The translations under genes and the position numbers were made by a program. From Alphaproteobacteria bacterium UBA3650 (GTDB lineage: Bacteria; Pseudomonadota; Alphaproteobacteria; CAAHEQ01; UBA3637), in NCBI GenBank assembly GCA_002373815.1, contig DFKH01000083.1:2376-66375 (forward strand): a stretch of 64,000 nucleotides of DNA, read 5' to 3'. Position 1 is the stretch's first letter. Each line of letters starts with the position of its first letter. Below are positions 18,746 to 28,467 of this stretch, in pieces. Under the pieces are notes generated by a model. It had not been told where the DNA came from. It searched no databases and worked only from the letters and a program-made list of their open reading frames with translations.

Positions 18746-18818
18746 TCCCTACCTTTTTCCTATATTCTAATGAAATCAAATGAAATTGCAAGAAAAAACC
18801 GAACAAAAGGAGTTTAAA

Positions 18819-19172
18819 ATGTCATATGATTCCAACAATGTTTTTGCAAAAATTTTGCGTCATGAAATTCCGAACACAACTGTTTACGAAGATGATTTCG
18901 TATTGGCTTTTAAAGATATCAATCCAAAAGCAAAAATTCACGTTCTTGTTATTCCAAAGGGAGCTTATGTGGATTTTCAAGATTTATTGGATCATGCACC
19001 ACAATCTGAGATTGATGGCTTTTTGAAGGGAATTTTGGCCACTGTTCATGCGTTAAACCTAACAAACGGCTACCGTCTTGTCCTTAACACAGGAAAAGAT
19101 TCTGGCCAGGAGGTCCCTCACCTGCACGCCCATATTTTAGCAGGTGAAAAATTATGTGTGAATCAATTATAG
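18819..19172 (+). CDS. HIT-family (histidine triad) protein
   Basis: HVLVIPK...VPHLHAHILAG histidine triad. RBS AAAGGAG before the ATG at 18819. Confidence 0.8.
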   Translation: MSYDSNNVFAKILRHEIPNTTVYEDDFVLAFKDINPKAKIHVLVIPKGAYVDFQDLLDHAPQSEIDGFLKGILATVHALNLTNGYRLVLNTGKDSGQEVPHLHAHILAGEKLCVNQL

Positions 19173-20045
19173 TTCCACAATTTCATAATTGCTTGCGTCT
19201 GCAAACAGGATTCGCAATAGCTGGTTATTATGGAAATGGCCAGATTTATTGCCTTTAAAATGACCAATAATCGGCATACCAGCTTCATACAAATCGCCCA
19301 TTGCATCCAATACTTTGTGTTCTACAAATTCATTCACATCACGCAATCCACCGGGATTTAAGACGCCATCCCCTTGGATGGCAATAGCATTTTCCAAAGT
19401 TGCCCCTTGTGCCAAGCCCATTGCGCGCAACTGTTCCACTTCTGATACAAAACCAAAAGTCCGTGCAGGTGCTATCAATTTTTTAAATGACTCTTCATTC
19501 AAATCAAAACTGATTTTTTGATGTCCAATGATTTTCGTTTGAGGAAAATCAATTTCAAATTCGAATTTCATCCCTGTTTCGGCAGGCAACAAATCTGTGC
19601 TTGCTCCCTTACCATCATCAAAATTAACTGTTTTCAGAACTTTAATGGCCTTCACAGGTGACGATTGCACTTGCACGCCCGCTTGTTCAATCAAAGTTAC
19701 AAAATCACGCGCAGATCCATCCATCAATGGTGCCTCTGGTCCTGAAAGCTCCACTTCTAGATTTGTAATCCCTAAACCTGCCAATGCCCCCATAAAATGC
19801 TCTACTGTGGAAATCACAACACCTGAAGCATTTCCTAAGCACGTATTCATACGTGTATCCACGACGTGATCCCATTTCGCGGGTACTTTGTTATCTTTAT
19901 CCGTTACATCTGTGCGGTAAAAAATTATCCCTGTATTTTCTGTGGCAGGTTTTAAGGTCATATGAATAGGCTTACCAGAATGCAAACCAACGCCTTCTGT
20001 CTTGATTATTTTGGCAATTGTTTTTTGATAAATATGTTCTGTCAT
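19167..20045 (-). CDS. lpxC: UDP-3-O-acyl-N-acetylglucosamine deacetylase
   Basis: MTEHIYQKTIAKIIKTEGVGLHSGKPIHMTLKPA... N-terminus typical of LpxC. AAGGAGAG RBS. Start trimmed from the ORF-track extension. Confidence 0.9.
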   Translation of the reverse strand: MTEHIYQKTIAKIIKTEGVGLHSGKPIHMTLKPATENTGIIFYRTDVTDKDNKVPAKWDHVVDTRMNTCLGNASGVVISTVEHFMGALAGLGITNLEVELSGPEAPLMDGSARDFVTLIEQAGVQVQSSPVKAIKVLKTVNFDDGKGASTDLLPAETGMKFEFEIDFPQTKIIGHQKISFDLNEESFKKLIAPARTFGFVSEVEQLRAMGLAQGATLENAIAIQGDGVLNPGGLRDVNEFVEHKVLDAMGDLYEAGMPIIGHFKGNKSGHFHNNQLLRILFADASNYEIVEL

Positions 20046-20144
20046 TTTTCTCTCCTTTTGATTCATCTTAACATAAACCATAAAAAAAAGCAACATTCCA
20101 AAGAATAGTTGGCGGTTAGTCTTTTCATATTCTATTTAGTTTTT

Positions 20145-21095
20145 ATGAAACAAAAAAAATATACAATTGCTGTCTTAGGGACAAAAACACCTGTTGGCAA
20201 GGAAATTTTGGCAGAGTTAGATCGTCAAAATTACCCCATTGAACAGATTCAACCCCTTGATTTGCATCAAGAGGCGGGAAGTCCCATCTCGTATCAAAAT
20301 CAGGTTATTATTTCTAGCGCCTTAGATTTATTTGATTTAACGCAACCGCATATTTTATTTTTATGTGATTCTCGCATCTTTGAACGGTATCCTCATCATT
20401 TTTTGCATGGGAAAAATTGGTTGATTGATTGTACTGGGAAAATTCAAAAAGCGGCTTGCATTATCCCTGAATTGAATGGCAAGAATATCGGCTGTCTTAG
20501 AACAAAATGTTTATGTGCACCCCATTCTGCTGCCATTGCAATAGCCAGATGCCTAAAACCTATTCATGAAAAATATCATCTGATAAGCGCTCAAACAACT
20601 GCTGTCCTTGGTGCATGGTATGCACAGCCCAACTTGGTTGATCCATTATTACAGCAAACACGTCATTGCTTTGCTCAGACACCTATTACCAAAGAGAATA
20701 TTTACCCTATGCTCGCTTTTAATTTAATTCCAGATTTTTTCAAAGATATTTCTCCTTTGATTTATCATCAATTGAAGTGCTTTTTACCAAGTCCCATTCA
20801 ATTACACACTTGCTTTGCACCTGTTTTAAGGGGCGGTACTTTTTTTGTGCAAGCCATTTTAGAACAGACCCCTCACATCAACGGTATTCGATCCTTGTTT
20901 CAACAAAAAAGTTTTTGCCAATTATTAGATTCTTCTCAACCCATTGGCACCCATGATTTATTGGCTGAAGATAAGCTGTATATTCAAAATATTGAGATTT
21001 ATAAAAATACTGTTTCTTTTTGGTTGATGCAGGATCCACTTCAAACCGGTTTTATTTCGAATGCCGTTCAAATCCTTTCTCTCCTTATTAAATAG
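20145..21095 (+). CDS. aspartate-semialdehyde dehydrogenase family protein (divergent, possibly non-catalytic paralog)
   Basis: N-terminal IAVLGTKTPVGKEILAEL...YPIEQIQPL follows the Asd AVVGATGxVG pattern but with altered glycines. The region around the catalytic Cys/His is degenerate. Confidence 0.4.
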   Translation: MKQKKYTIAVLGTKTPVGKEILAELDRQNYPIEQIQPLDLHQEAGSPISYQNQVIISSALDLFDLTQPHILFLCDSRIFERYPHHFLHGKNWLIDCTGKIQKAACIIPELNGKNIGCLRTKCLCAPHSAAIAIARCLKPIHEKYHLISAQTTAVLGAWYAQPNLVDPLLQQTRHCFAQTPITKENIYPMLAFNLIPDFFKDISPLIYHQLKCFLPSPIQLHTCFAPVLRGGTFFVQAILEQTPHINGIRSLFQQKSFCQLLDSSQPIGTHDLLAEDKLYIQNIEIYKNTVSFWLMQDPLQTGFISNAVQILSLLIK

Positions 21096-21136
21096 GCTCT
21101 TGACTTTTTTCTGTTTTTTTGTCATCAATAGAAACT

Positions 21137-22627
21137 ATGACGAAGTTATTATTAAACAAAATTCAACAACTTTCTGAGCGCTTAAAGGCTTCTCAAACTG
21201 TTATGCGTGAACGATTGTCTACTATTAACAAACAATTTGTTTTGATTGTTTTTCTGTTGGTTTTGTTATGCACTCTTACACTGCCTTTCGTTTTAACCCC
21301 CGTCAACAAAGAGGAACCAGAAATAGAGATCAGCTTAGAAGATGAAATAGAAATTATTCCAGATGACCAATCTTCTTCTGTTCAAGAAGAAACTGCTGTC
21401 ATTGAAGTTCCTGATTTAACTGGTCCTGAGCAAGTTCATGAAGATTTGGGTGATGAACCCGTAGAAGCACAACAAGAACTGTCTTTTGATGAGTTGGAAA
21501 AACGCGCTCTTTTAGGCGAACTGAAAGCCACTTCTCGCACAATGGTAAAGGGTGACAGTTTGCTGAGTTTGTTGTCCGAACAAAATGTTCCCGCCAATGA
21601 ACGTATGGAGATTGTTGAGGCATTAGAATTAGTTCTTGATTTGAAATCTTTGAGACCTGGTCTTACCTTTTTATTTATTCATGATTTAGATGGGCGTTTG
21701 ATGGGACTTTCTGTGCGTCAAAAAGAAAATGAATCTTTGGCAGTTATGCGTGAAAAAGATGATTCTTGGGTAACGTTTTCACAAACAGGCAAAGTGGAAA
21801 CGAAACAAGAACATTTTCAAGTTGTGATTGAGAGAACTTTTTCAGGATCTGCCCAAAAGGCTGGAGTTCCAAGCAATGTCATCAATCAAATTACAGGCGC
21901 TTTTGACGGCGAATTTGATTTTTCAACTGATATTAAACCTGGGGATACAATTGATGTGATTTTGGAAGGGAAGGTCACGCAAGGTGGTTTAGAAATTGGC
22001 ACAAAGCAGGCTGTTTATATTGGTCTTAAAACATCAAAAATGAATATCCATAAATATGCTTATAATGGTACTTTCTATGATGCTAGGGGACGCACCAGTG
22101 AAAAAGTCATTATGAAGCGCCCCTTAAAAGCTCGTCCGCGTCTTTCTTCTCCATATGGAAAGCGGCGTCACCCCGTATTGCAATATGAAATTTTTCATAA
22201 GGGTGTTGATTTAGCCGTTCCTAAAAATACGCCTGTTGTAGCAGCAGCGGATGGTACTGTTGAAATCATTGGTCGTAAAGGATCCTATGGCAAATACATT
22301 CGCTTGGGACATAAGGGAGGATATCAAACTGCTTATGCTCACTTAAACGGCTATCGTCAAGATTTAAAAGTTGGCAGCAAGGTAAAACGTGGCGAAGTGA
22401 TTGCCTATGTTGGTTCAACAGGCAGATCCACAGGGCCGCACTTGCACTTTGAAGTCATCAAAAATGGTAATGTTGTCAATCCTTTTGGCAATAACAAAAT
22501 TTCCAGCACGCAATTGACAGGCTTTGAATTGGAAAAATTCCAATCATGGGCTGAAAGCATACACCCTGATTTTAAGTTGCACCTTGCAGGTAAAATACCG
22601 CCTGTACAACCTGTTAAACCATTCTAG
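21137..22627 (+). CDS. M23 family metallopeptidase (LytM-like)
   Basis: HKGVDLA...GSYGKYIRLGH...AYAHL...GSTGRSTGPHLHFEV zinc-ligand motifs. N-terminal TM segment plus an acidic linker. Confidence 0.8.
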   Translation: MTKLLLNKIQQLSERLKASQTVMRERLSTINKQFVLIVFLLVLLCTLTLPFVLTPVNKEEPEIEISLEDEIEIIPDDQSSSVQEETAVIEVPDLTGPEQVHEDLGDEPVEAQQELSFDELEKRALLGELKATSRTMVKGDSLLSLLSEQNVPANERMEIVEALELVLDLKSLRPGLTFLFIHDLDGRLMGLSVRQKENESLAVMREKDDSWVTFSQTGKVETKQEHFQVVIERTFSGSAQKAGVPSNVINQITGAFDGEFDFSTDIKPGDTIDVILEGKVTQGGLEIGTKQAVYIGLKTSKMNIHKYAYNGTFYDARGRTSEKVIMKRPLKARPRLSSPYGKRRHPVLQYEIFHKGVDLAVPKNTPVVAAADGTVEIIGRKGSYGKYIRLGHKGGYQTAYAHLNGYRQDLKVGSKVKRGEVIAYVGSTGRSTGPHLHFEVIKNGNVVNPFGNNKISSTQLTGFELEKFQSWAESIHPDFKLHLAGKIPPVQPVKPF

Positions 22628-23595
22628 GATTCGTCCTTATTGGTGTTTGGATCGTCTTTATCTTTATTTTGTGCTTCTTCCGATCCCCAAGCGGGTGTAT
22701 CACGGAAGCGCTCACCCCACTCATCAATCACTTTTCGAATTTGTTTATTTGCTTTGTTTGGAACAGAATTATATGCTTCTATTTCAGCCCCCAACATATC
22801 TTTTAATTTAAAACAATCCGTTGCCCGTGTTAGCACCATAAACATGGTCGCATCAAACATTCCCTTTTCTGCAGGGATAATCCGATCATGCAGTTTGTAT
22901 CGACGCAATTCGGCCTCGATTGAGTACGGGCTGCCAATCAAATAGTCCGCTTCTCCATTAAGTAATTTTTTAAAAGCATCTTCCGTTGTTTCCAATGTAA
23001 TAGACATTTCATCTGTGATGTGTTGAGAAAATAATGGATAAATATTTTCCGTTCGGCGAATCATTCCTTTCTTTCCTGCCAAACTGTTGTAGCCTCTTAC
23101 CTCAAATGCACGATCCTTTGGAAAATAAACCGTAAAAACATTTGAAAAAATAGCAGGAAAAACCGTCACAGAACCACGCCCAACCGTTGAATTTGGTGTA
23201 TAAACACCAATCAGCAAATCCAAATCTCCCTTTTTTAGGGCATTGATGGCTTCTTGATCTTTCGTATATCCATATATTTGGTAGCGTAATTTTAATTTCT
23301 TTGCAATCTCCTCAAACATATCTATACCAAAACCTTTGCTCATCAATGTTGTGCCACTAACCGTTCTAAACCATTCAGCCCATCCAAAGGGACGATTGTT
23401 GGATGTACTTGCCACACGAATGGGACGCACGTATCCACAATCTGCAATGCGTGTTTGTTCTACCTTCTTTTCTACCACAGGCTCATCAATCAACACACCA
23501 TTTGCCGATCGACGTGGTTGTTTTGCCGATGTTACAAACGGCAATACGGACGCTGTGGATATTAATAAAATGCCCATCCAAGTTTTATAATTCAT
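22624..23595 (-). CDS. periplasmic substrate-binding-like protein (SBP_bac_3-like) cotranscribed with the sensor kinase
   Basis: Signal peptide. Amino-acid-binding-protein-like fold features. Start overlaps the stop of the upstream histidine kinase. Confidence 0.45.
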   Translation of the reverse strand: MNYKTWMGILLISTASVLPFVTSAKQPRRSANGVLIDEPVVEKKVEQTRIADCGYVRPIRVASTSNNRPFGWAEWFRTVSGTTLMSKGFGIDMFEEIAKKLKLRYQIYGYTKDQEAINALKKGDLDLLIGVYTPNSTVGRGSVTVFPAIFSNVFTVYFPKDRAFEVRGYNSLAGKKGMIRRTENIYPLFSQHITDEMSITLETTEDAFKKLLNGEADYLIGSPYSIEAELRRYKLHDRIIPAEKGMFDATMFMVLTRATDCFKLKDMLGAEIEAYNSVPNKANKQIRKVIDEWGERFRDTPAWGSEEAQNKDKDDPNTNKDES

Positions 23596-25636
23596 GTTTT
23601 ACTCCTTTTTGTTGTCTTTTAATTCTTTTTTTGGGGAAAATTAAAATCATTTTAGTCCCGACACCCAATTTACTTGTCATAGAGACACTGCCTTGATAAG
23701 ATTCCATCAATTTTTTGACTAAAACTAATCCCAATCCAGAACCTTTATGTTCACGTGTCATCACATTTTCAACCTGAACAAATGGTTGAAATAAGGTCTT
23801 TATTTTGTCTTTGGGAACACCAATACCATTATCAGAAACAACAATTCGCAAATCGTGTAAAGAATTTAATCTGGCTGAAATCTCTATCACACCATTATCC
23901 CCTGTAAACTTTACTGCATTAGACAATAGGTTTAAAAATATTTGTCGCATTGATCGATCTTCTGCCTGTAAAACAAGATTTTCTGGTACACGAATGACAA
24001 ATTGTTTCTTATTACCATCTGGATATCCTTTGATAACCTCCACAGTTTCATCAATCAGCTTATGCAAATTCACAGGTCCTTCCTCACGACGCTTATGTTT
24101 AGATTCAACCGCAGATAAATCTAGAACATCATTGATAAGAGATAAAAGGTATTTACCACTTGTGTAAATATAACGATTGTATTCTTTATATCTAGGGTTA
24201 TCCATTGGACCAAATGTTTCTGTTTCCATCGCTTCTGAAAAACCTAAAATAGCGTTTAGAGGTGTTCTTAACTCATGGCTGACACTGGCTAAAAATTCGC
24301 TTTTTACCTGACTTGCCTCTTCTGCTTGATTACGGGCCACAATCATATCTTTCACCATGACGTTCATTTCGCGTGCCTGACGCTTTAAAATACGGCGTCC
24401 CTTTTCCAATTCTGTGACTTGTGTTTTTAGTTGTTTTGCATAATCGGCCAGCGCTTGTTTATTTTCACGACGCCATCTGGCTGCCCCAATTGCCTGAAAA
24501 ACCTCTTGAAATAGCTGATTTAAATGCTGTAATAATTTTGGGGAAAAGAAATTACGCTCAGACCCATATAGTGTTATAACACCTTCTAAATGACGATTGA
24601 TAATGATTGGAAAAGCGCATGTCGATTGTGGTGCTTCTTTATTTGTTTCTCTTAAAAAAGAATAATATGGCAGGGGGGCAACATCGGCATAACCCACACA
24701 TTTTTTTGATTTAACGGCATTTGCAATTGCTGATGTTTTCACAACAGGATCATGTAAATCAAATTGGCTTGGGATAGCAGAAAATTTACCATCCGAATAA
24801 ACTACTTTTGTAATCAACTTCCCTTCATCCAATTGCAAAATTCCTGCCAATATTAAATTATATGCCACACTCACATTCTTTAGCATTTTTTCCAGTTGCG
24901 CCTGTTCTTGTTCTGAATTTTTTAAGCTTCTGAACAATTTTAACGAACTAAACACCACATCATAATATCTCTCCATCGCACCAATTTGATATTCATATTT
25001 GGCATCTTCAACGCTCCATAAAACACCTTGTTCAGGATGGTGAGAATTCAAACAAACGGCCGATAATTCCACAGGATTCAACACCCCATCGACTAAAATA
25101 AAAATTTTCTTTACATAACTTGTTTGAACCCGCAAACGATGTACAATACTTGACAATTTTTGTGGCAAATCTATTTTTGGAAATAAAACTTCTAAGTCAG
25201 ATAAATTTTTAAGTTTCGTTCGAATAAGTTGAATCATTTCATTATTGGACCAAATAATACGTCGCCCTTTTGTAATCGCCATAGGAATATGAATTTTTTT
25301 CAACGCTGAATAAAATTGTTTTAAATTTTTTTCTAATTCTTTTTTTTGTTTTGATAAGCGCCGCCATTTATGTTCAAAAAACAACGCACTTGTCATATCA
25401 GAAATTAAATAGCCCAATCGTAAGGCAATGAACAAAATAAAGGCCAAAAAAGCTGTCACGATTGCTAATAGTACCCATCTTGCCATTATTTGATGCCACA
25501 AAAAACTCCACGAAACTGGGCGTGTAAAAAAAGCACTTGCCCATACATAAAGCAACACGCCCCCTAAAATAATGGCAGAACCAATTAGGCTACCTATTTT
25601 TGCAACTTCATGAAAATATCCTTTTTTTTCTTGCAC
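23585..25636 (-). CDS. sensor histidine kinase (2 TM, GAF-like, HisKA, HATPase_c)
   Basis: H-box FLASVSHELRTPLNAILGFSE. G1/G2 boxes VVSDNGIGV...GSGLGL. N-terminal TM helices. Confidence 0.85.
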   Translation of the reverse strand: MQEKKGYFHEVAKIGSLIGSAIILGGVLLYVWASAFFTRPVSWSFLWHQIMARWVLLAIVTAFLAFILFIALRLGYLISDMTSALFFEHKWRRLSKQKKELEKNLKQFYSALKKIHIPMAITKGRRIIWSNNEMIQLIRTKLKNLSDLEVLFPKIDLPQKLSSIVHRLRVQTSYVKKIFILVDGVLNPVELSAVCLNSHHPEQGVLWSVEDAKYEYQIGAMERYYDVVFSSLKLFRSLKNSEQEQAQLEKMLKNVSVAYNLILAGILQLDEGKLITKVVYSDGKFSAIPSQFDLHDPVVKTSAIANAVKSKKCVGYADVAPLPYYSFLRETNKEAPQSTCAFPIIINRHLEGVITLYGSERNFFSPKLLQHLNQLFQEVFQAIGAARWRRENKQALADYAKQLKTQVTELEKGRRILKRQAREMNVMVKDMIVARNQAEEASQVKSEFLASVSHELRTPLNAILGFSEAMETETFGPMDNPRYKEYNRYIYTSGKYLLSLINDVLDLSAVESKHKRREEGPVNLHKLIDETVEVIKGYPDGNKKQFVIRVPENLVLQAEDRSMRQIFLNLLSNAVKFTGDNGVIEISARLNSLHDLRIVVSDNGIGVPKDKIKTLFQPFVQVENVMTREHKGSGLGLVLVKKLMESYQGSVSMTSKLGVGTKMILIFPKKRIKRQQKGVKHEL

Positions 25637-25706
25637 ACCAATGCTCCCTTGGTTTTATCCTACTAAAAAAAATCAAGAAATGCACGCAAAAAATGAAAAA
25701 AACTAT

Positions 25707-26273
25707 TTAAAACACATAGCGCCAACCAATATACACAAAATGGTGCTGTGTCTTAATTGTTCCATTTTGAGTTTTGATCTTTCCGATATCCATATAGCGA
25801 TATCCCAAATCAATATTGACGGCATTGCTGATGTTCCAGGTCACACCACCACCTACATTATATCCCCATCCTTTGCGTTTTTCTTTAAAGCCATTACGAG
25901 TCAATGTCTTTCCTTCCTTGATGTGTGTCATATGGCGACCAATACCAAAATTAGCAAATGGACGAATCGGAGATTTAAAAGGAATATCGTAATATAGCTG
26001 CGCGCCAATAGTTTCTGTTTCTTGTTCATAAAGCTCATATTTTGCTTTTGTTGAAAAAGTATATTCAGCTTCTAAACGAAAATGACGAATACGCATTCCC
26101 AAAGACAATCCAAATGGAAACACAACATCATCTTTTTTTTCGCCATCACGTTTCATATTGACACGCATAGCGCCAGTCTTTGCACCAATATACAAACCAC
26201 TGCGTAATGGCTTGGCTGCCAAAACTGGGGTTGTCATCAATAAAGCCAATAAAACAAGAATAATTTTCTTCAT
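25707..26273 (-). CDS. outer-membrane beta-barrel protein (OmpA-like/opacity porin family)
   Basis: Signal peptide MKKIILVLLALLMTTPVLA. Alternating amphipathic strands. C-terminal YIGWRYVF ending in Phe. Confidence 0.65.
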   Translation of the reverse strand: MKKIILVLLALLMTTPVLAAKPLRSGLYIGAKTGAMRVNMKRDGEKKDDVVFPFGLSLGMRIRHFRLEAEYTFSTKAKYELYEQETETIGAQLYYDIPFKSPIRPFANFGIGRHMTHIKEGKTLTRNGFKEKRKGWGYNVGGGVTWNISNAVNIDLGYRYMDIGKIKTQNGTIKTQHHFVYIGWRYVF

Positions 26274-26375
26274 ATAATCTCCTCGTTCCATCTAAGAATA
26301 AACAAAACTTTTTGCGATGTCAATAAAAAAAACACCCCAATCGGCGTGGTCGGGATGTTTTTAGTTTCAGATTGA

Positions 26376-26630
26376 TTACTCGGTCATGCCCAATAGCTTT
26401 TTATACTCATCGCGCAAGAATTCTGTTTCAGCACGATCGGCAGGATCCATTTTACGCAAACGCAAGACTTGGCGCATCACTTTGACATCAAAGCCTGCTC
26501 CTTTGGCTTCTGCAAACACTTCGCGGATATCAGCTGCCAATTCGCTTTTTTCTTGCTCTAAACGTTCAATTCTGTCAATAAACGTATTTAACTTGCCCGC
26601 GTCATTAGTGACATTCGTTTCTTCTGTCAT
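26376..26630 (-). CDS. gapR: GapR-like DUF2312 nucleoid-associated protein
   Basis: 84 aa. FIDRIERLEQEKSELAADIREVFAEAKGAGFDVKVMRQVLRLRKMD matches the conserved GapR core. Confidence 0.75.
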   Translation of the reverse strand: MTEETNVTNDAGKLNTFIDRIERLEQEKSELAADIREVFAEAKGAGFDVKVMRQVLRLRKMDPADRAETEFLRDEYKKLLGMTE

Positions 26631-26649
26631 ATTCTCCCCCTTTAGTTTA

Positions 26650-27177
26650 TTATTTTTTAGTTACTTTCACAGCCGTTGCTACCGCTTCATTTAAAGCTGT
26701 TTCAGAACACAATCCCAATGTTACAGGGTTGCGTGCTTGAATGTTATGGTAGTTTTTATGCGTTTTTTCCCGAATAGCCACAATTGTTGGTTTTGTTGTT
26801 TTTAACAACTTCACGATCTGTGCATCAGACAATTCTGGGTGATTTTTTACCAGCCACAAAATACCCGATGGACGATCCAATCTTTTTGATTGTGATACAT
26901 AACGAGAACCTTTATTTAACAATTTATCAATTTCTGGATGTTCAGATAAGCACAAGCCCATATTGGGATCCGCCTCACAACGTTTAATTTCTTCCCATGT
27001 CAATTGCTCATTCGCGATGGGATCCAAGCCACGAATATTGGAAGCCACATCCCCATCTGCTATTGCTTGCACTTCCAAAAAATGCATGCCACAAAAATCG
27101 GCAATTTGTTTAAATGTTAAACTTGTATTTTCAACCAACCAGACAGCTGTTGCTTTTGGCATTAAAGGTAAAGTCAT
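26650..27177 (-). CDS. DUF1013 domain protein
   Basis: MTLPLMPKATAVWLVENTSLTFKQIADFCGMH is a conserved alphaproteobacterial DUF1013 N-terminus. Confidence 0.65.
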   Translation of the reverse strand: MTLPLMPKATAVWLVENTSLTFKQIADFCGMHFLEVQAIADGDVASNIRGLDPIANEQLTWEEIKRCEADPNMGLCLSEHPEIDKLLNKGSRYVSQSKRLDRPSGILWLVKNHPELSDAQIVKLLKTTKPTIVAIREKTHKNYHNIQARNPVTLGLCSETALNEAVATAVKVTKK

Positions 27178-27254
27178 TTGAAGCGCCTTTCATCAAAATT
27201 AAACTGATTTGCAGTATAGCGCTTTGGACTTCAAAAGTCAAGCAAAAAGATTCT

Positions 27255-27617
27255 TTAAGATTTGAGTATTTTATCTATTGTTGTAAAAAACGATCCAATA
27301 GAAATGGGCTTAGAAATGTAATCGTCACATCCCGCCTCTAATGCCTTATCCGCATCTTGTTTTAAGGCGAAGGCCGATACCGCCACAATTTTGGGCTGTT
27401 TTATGGACATTTTCCGTATTTGTTGTGTAATTTCTAAGCCTGAGACAGAGGGCAATTGAATATCCATCAAAATCAGGTCTGGCTTTTTTTTAGCCACCAA
27501 ATCTAATGCACTCGGGCCATCTGTTGCTTCTAAAATCGTATGTTTTCTTGTTGTCAATAAATCCACAAACAAGCGTCTATTTAAATCATTATCTTCCACT
27601 ACTAATACTGTGCTCAT
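27255..27617 (-). CDS. divK: single-domain response regulator, DivK-like
   Basis: VLVVEDNDLNRRLF...PDLILMDIQLPSVSGLEIT...YISKPIS closely parallels DivK. Confidence 0.65.
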   Translation of the reverse strand: MSTVLVVEDNDLNRRLFVDLLTTRKHTILEATDGPSALDLVAKKKPDLILMDIQLPSVSGLEITQQIRKMSIKQPKIVAVSAFALKQDADKALEAGCDDYISKPISIGSFFTTIDKILKS

Positions 27618-28423
27618 CTGACATTTTTCCTTTTCTGTTTTTCATATTCTCGTTGGGCTTGGTACAATTCTCGACCTTTTAATCCTAAAAACTCCTCTTT
27701 TGTGAGTTTCTTTTTTTGTAGCTGCCATCGCTCATCGTTTGGAAAGTGAGTTTTGATCATTTCTTCTTTGTCCGTCAAAAACCACTCATCATTTACAAAA
27801 CGACCAGAGCGAGGCAATTTGACATCTGAATTTTTCTTTTTTCTCTCTTTGATCGTTTTTTTATACTCCTTCGCCTTGGTGGTATCTCCCAAACTATTTG
27901 TCCCCTCTCCATCCATCGCCCATGTTGGATCTACATATTCCCATTCACGATTTATTTGAACAGCATTCCACGCGTGACCTGCCCCATCTTTCATCTCTTT
28001 TAAAGTCATTTCATGTCCTGCGTGTCCGCTAATTACAACAGCTTTCAAGCCTGCCATTTTTGCCATTTTTTCATAAAGTGATGCAATATCTCCACACACG
28101 CCAATACGTGTTTCTAAAATGTCATTGTTGAGAATAAACAAATTTTTATCTTTTTTCTTAGTCCGATCTAAATCATCATCAATCGCATTTGCTTTAAAAT
28201 CATCGTAATCAATGTTATGCACAATCCATGCCAAAATCACACGAGCCTTCTCTGCATCTGTTTTATATGGTTTTGTTAAATATCGCACTAATTGAGGCAA
28301 TCCGCTTTTCGTTCGTAACGGTGGGGCATCATGAGCATACTTATCAATCGCCGCATAATCTACAGCCTCAGCACAAAATGCCCACAAGCACACAATTCCC
28401 AAAAGAAATAACTTTTTCATCAT
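27614..28423 (-). CDS. secreted transglutaminase-like cysteine-peptidase superfamily protein (paralog 1)
   Basis: Signal peptide MMKKLFLLGIVCLWAFCAEA. Transglutaminase core GVCGDIASLY...AGHAWNAVQI...YVDPTW (Cys/His/Asp). Confidence 0.65.
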   Translation of the reverse strand: MMKKLFLLGIVCLWAFCAEAVDYAAIDKYAHDAPPLRTKSGLPQLVRYLTKPYKTDAEKARVILAWIVHNIDYDDFKANAIDDDLDRTKKKDKNLFILNNDILETRIGVCGDIASLYEKMAKMAGLKAVVISGHAGHEMTLKEMKDGAGHAWNAVQINREWEYVDPTWAMDGEGTNSLGDTTKAKEYKKTIKERKKKNSDVKLPRSGRFVNDEWFLTDKEEMIKTHFPNDERWQLQKKKLTKEEFLGLKGRELYQAQREYEKQKRKNVR

Positions 28424-28467
28424 ATTTATGACCATAAACCTCTTTATACCAAAAGGCAAGAATAAAA

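Noticed and set aside
26330-26375. GC-rich segment CACCCCAATCGGCGTGGTCGGGATG between the OMP gene and gapR considered as a terminator hairpin
   Set aside because: I could not pair it into a convincing stem on either strand. Left unannotated.
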